A DNA stretch of 59,427 nt, filler included. It is 3 parts of 3 records of this genome, joined end to end, with 100 filler letters (N's around TTAATTAATTAA, not from the genome) between each part and the next. Parts side by side here need not be neighbours in the genome. Positions count along the whole stretch, not along the records: positions 36,266 to 59,427 come from DRR723986_5326; 2 more parts are not named here. One strand, 5' to 3'. Made by a program: the position numbers and the translations under genes. The notes beneath the pieces were generated by a model. It had not been told where the DNA came from and ran no database searches. It saw nothing but the letters and a program-made list of their open reading frames with translations. Below, piece by piece: positions 59,380-59,427 of this stretch (the first letter of the stretch is position 1; every line of letters starts with the position of its first letter).

Positions 59380-59427
59380 ATGACTGAAACGCAAACCTAC
59401 ACTGCGCAGCTGGATCAGGCCATCGAG
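59380..59427 (+). CDS. Start of an unidentified CDS (truncated by window end)
   Basis: GGAGA RBS then ATG, open to window end (MTETQTYTAQLDQAIE). Confidence 0.55.
   Translation, partial: MTETQTYTAQLDQAIE

Overview
The window is not one continuous locus. It is three contigs joined by two identical 100-nt artificial spacers (44 N + TTAATTAATTAA + 44 N) at 26402-26501 and 36166-36265. Contig 1 (1-26401) is visibly AT-richer and looks like a marine alphaproteobacterium of Kordiimonadales/Sphingomonadales type (inferred from gene order only). It carries the core block holB'-metG-tatD-MBL-aspartic protease ... mazG/hflX-hfq', interrupted by about 20 kb of accessory genes: ctlX, a secreted formamidase, nupC, LytS/LytTR, a TIR-TM-TPR receptor, a wHTH-TM-TPR sensor with a clear operator, and a CpgD-like nucleotidyltransferase with PAP2 and GDPD. 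Contigs 2 (26502-36165) and 3 (36266-59427) are GC-rich and Rhodobacteraceae/Roseobacter-like. Contig 2 holds purH', heparinase-like, fadH, DUF6478, ilvD and accD'. Contig 3 holds a start-codon-less porin, a class III aminotransferase, urtABCDE with tandem NtrC-like boxes, a roughly 11 kb sialic-acid/LPS locus, mbfA, tetR and frmA. The best candidate for an undescribed system is the sialic-acid locus. It combines Neu5Ac-clade NeuB/NeuC with an ElaABC/PtmFBA-like redox-cytidylyl module and four CMP-ulosonate transferase candidates from three unrelated families (two WaaA/GT30-like, a eukaryote-type GT29, a KpsS-like), plus a CtpA-like phosphatase. The second-best candidate is the silent-looking porin. 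All family assignments come from motif recognition by eye; no searches were run.
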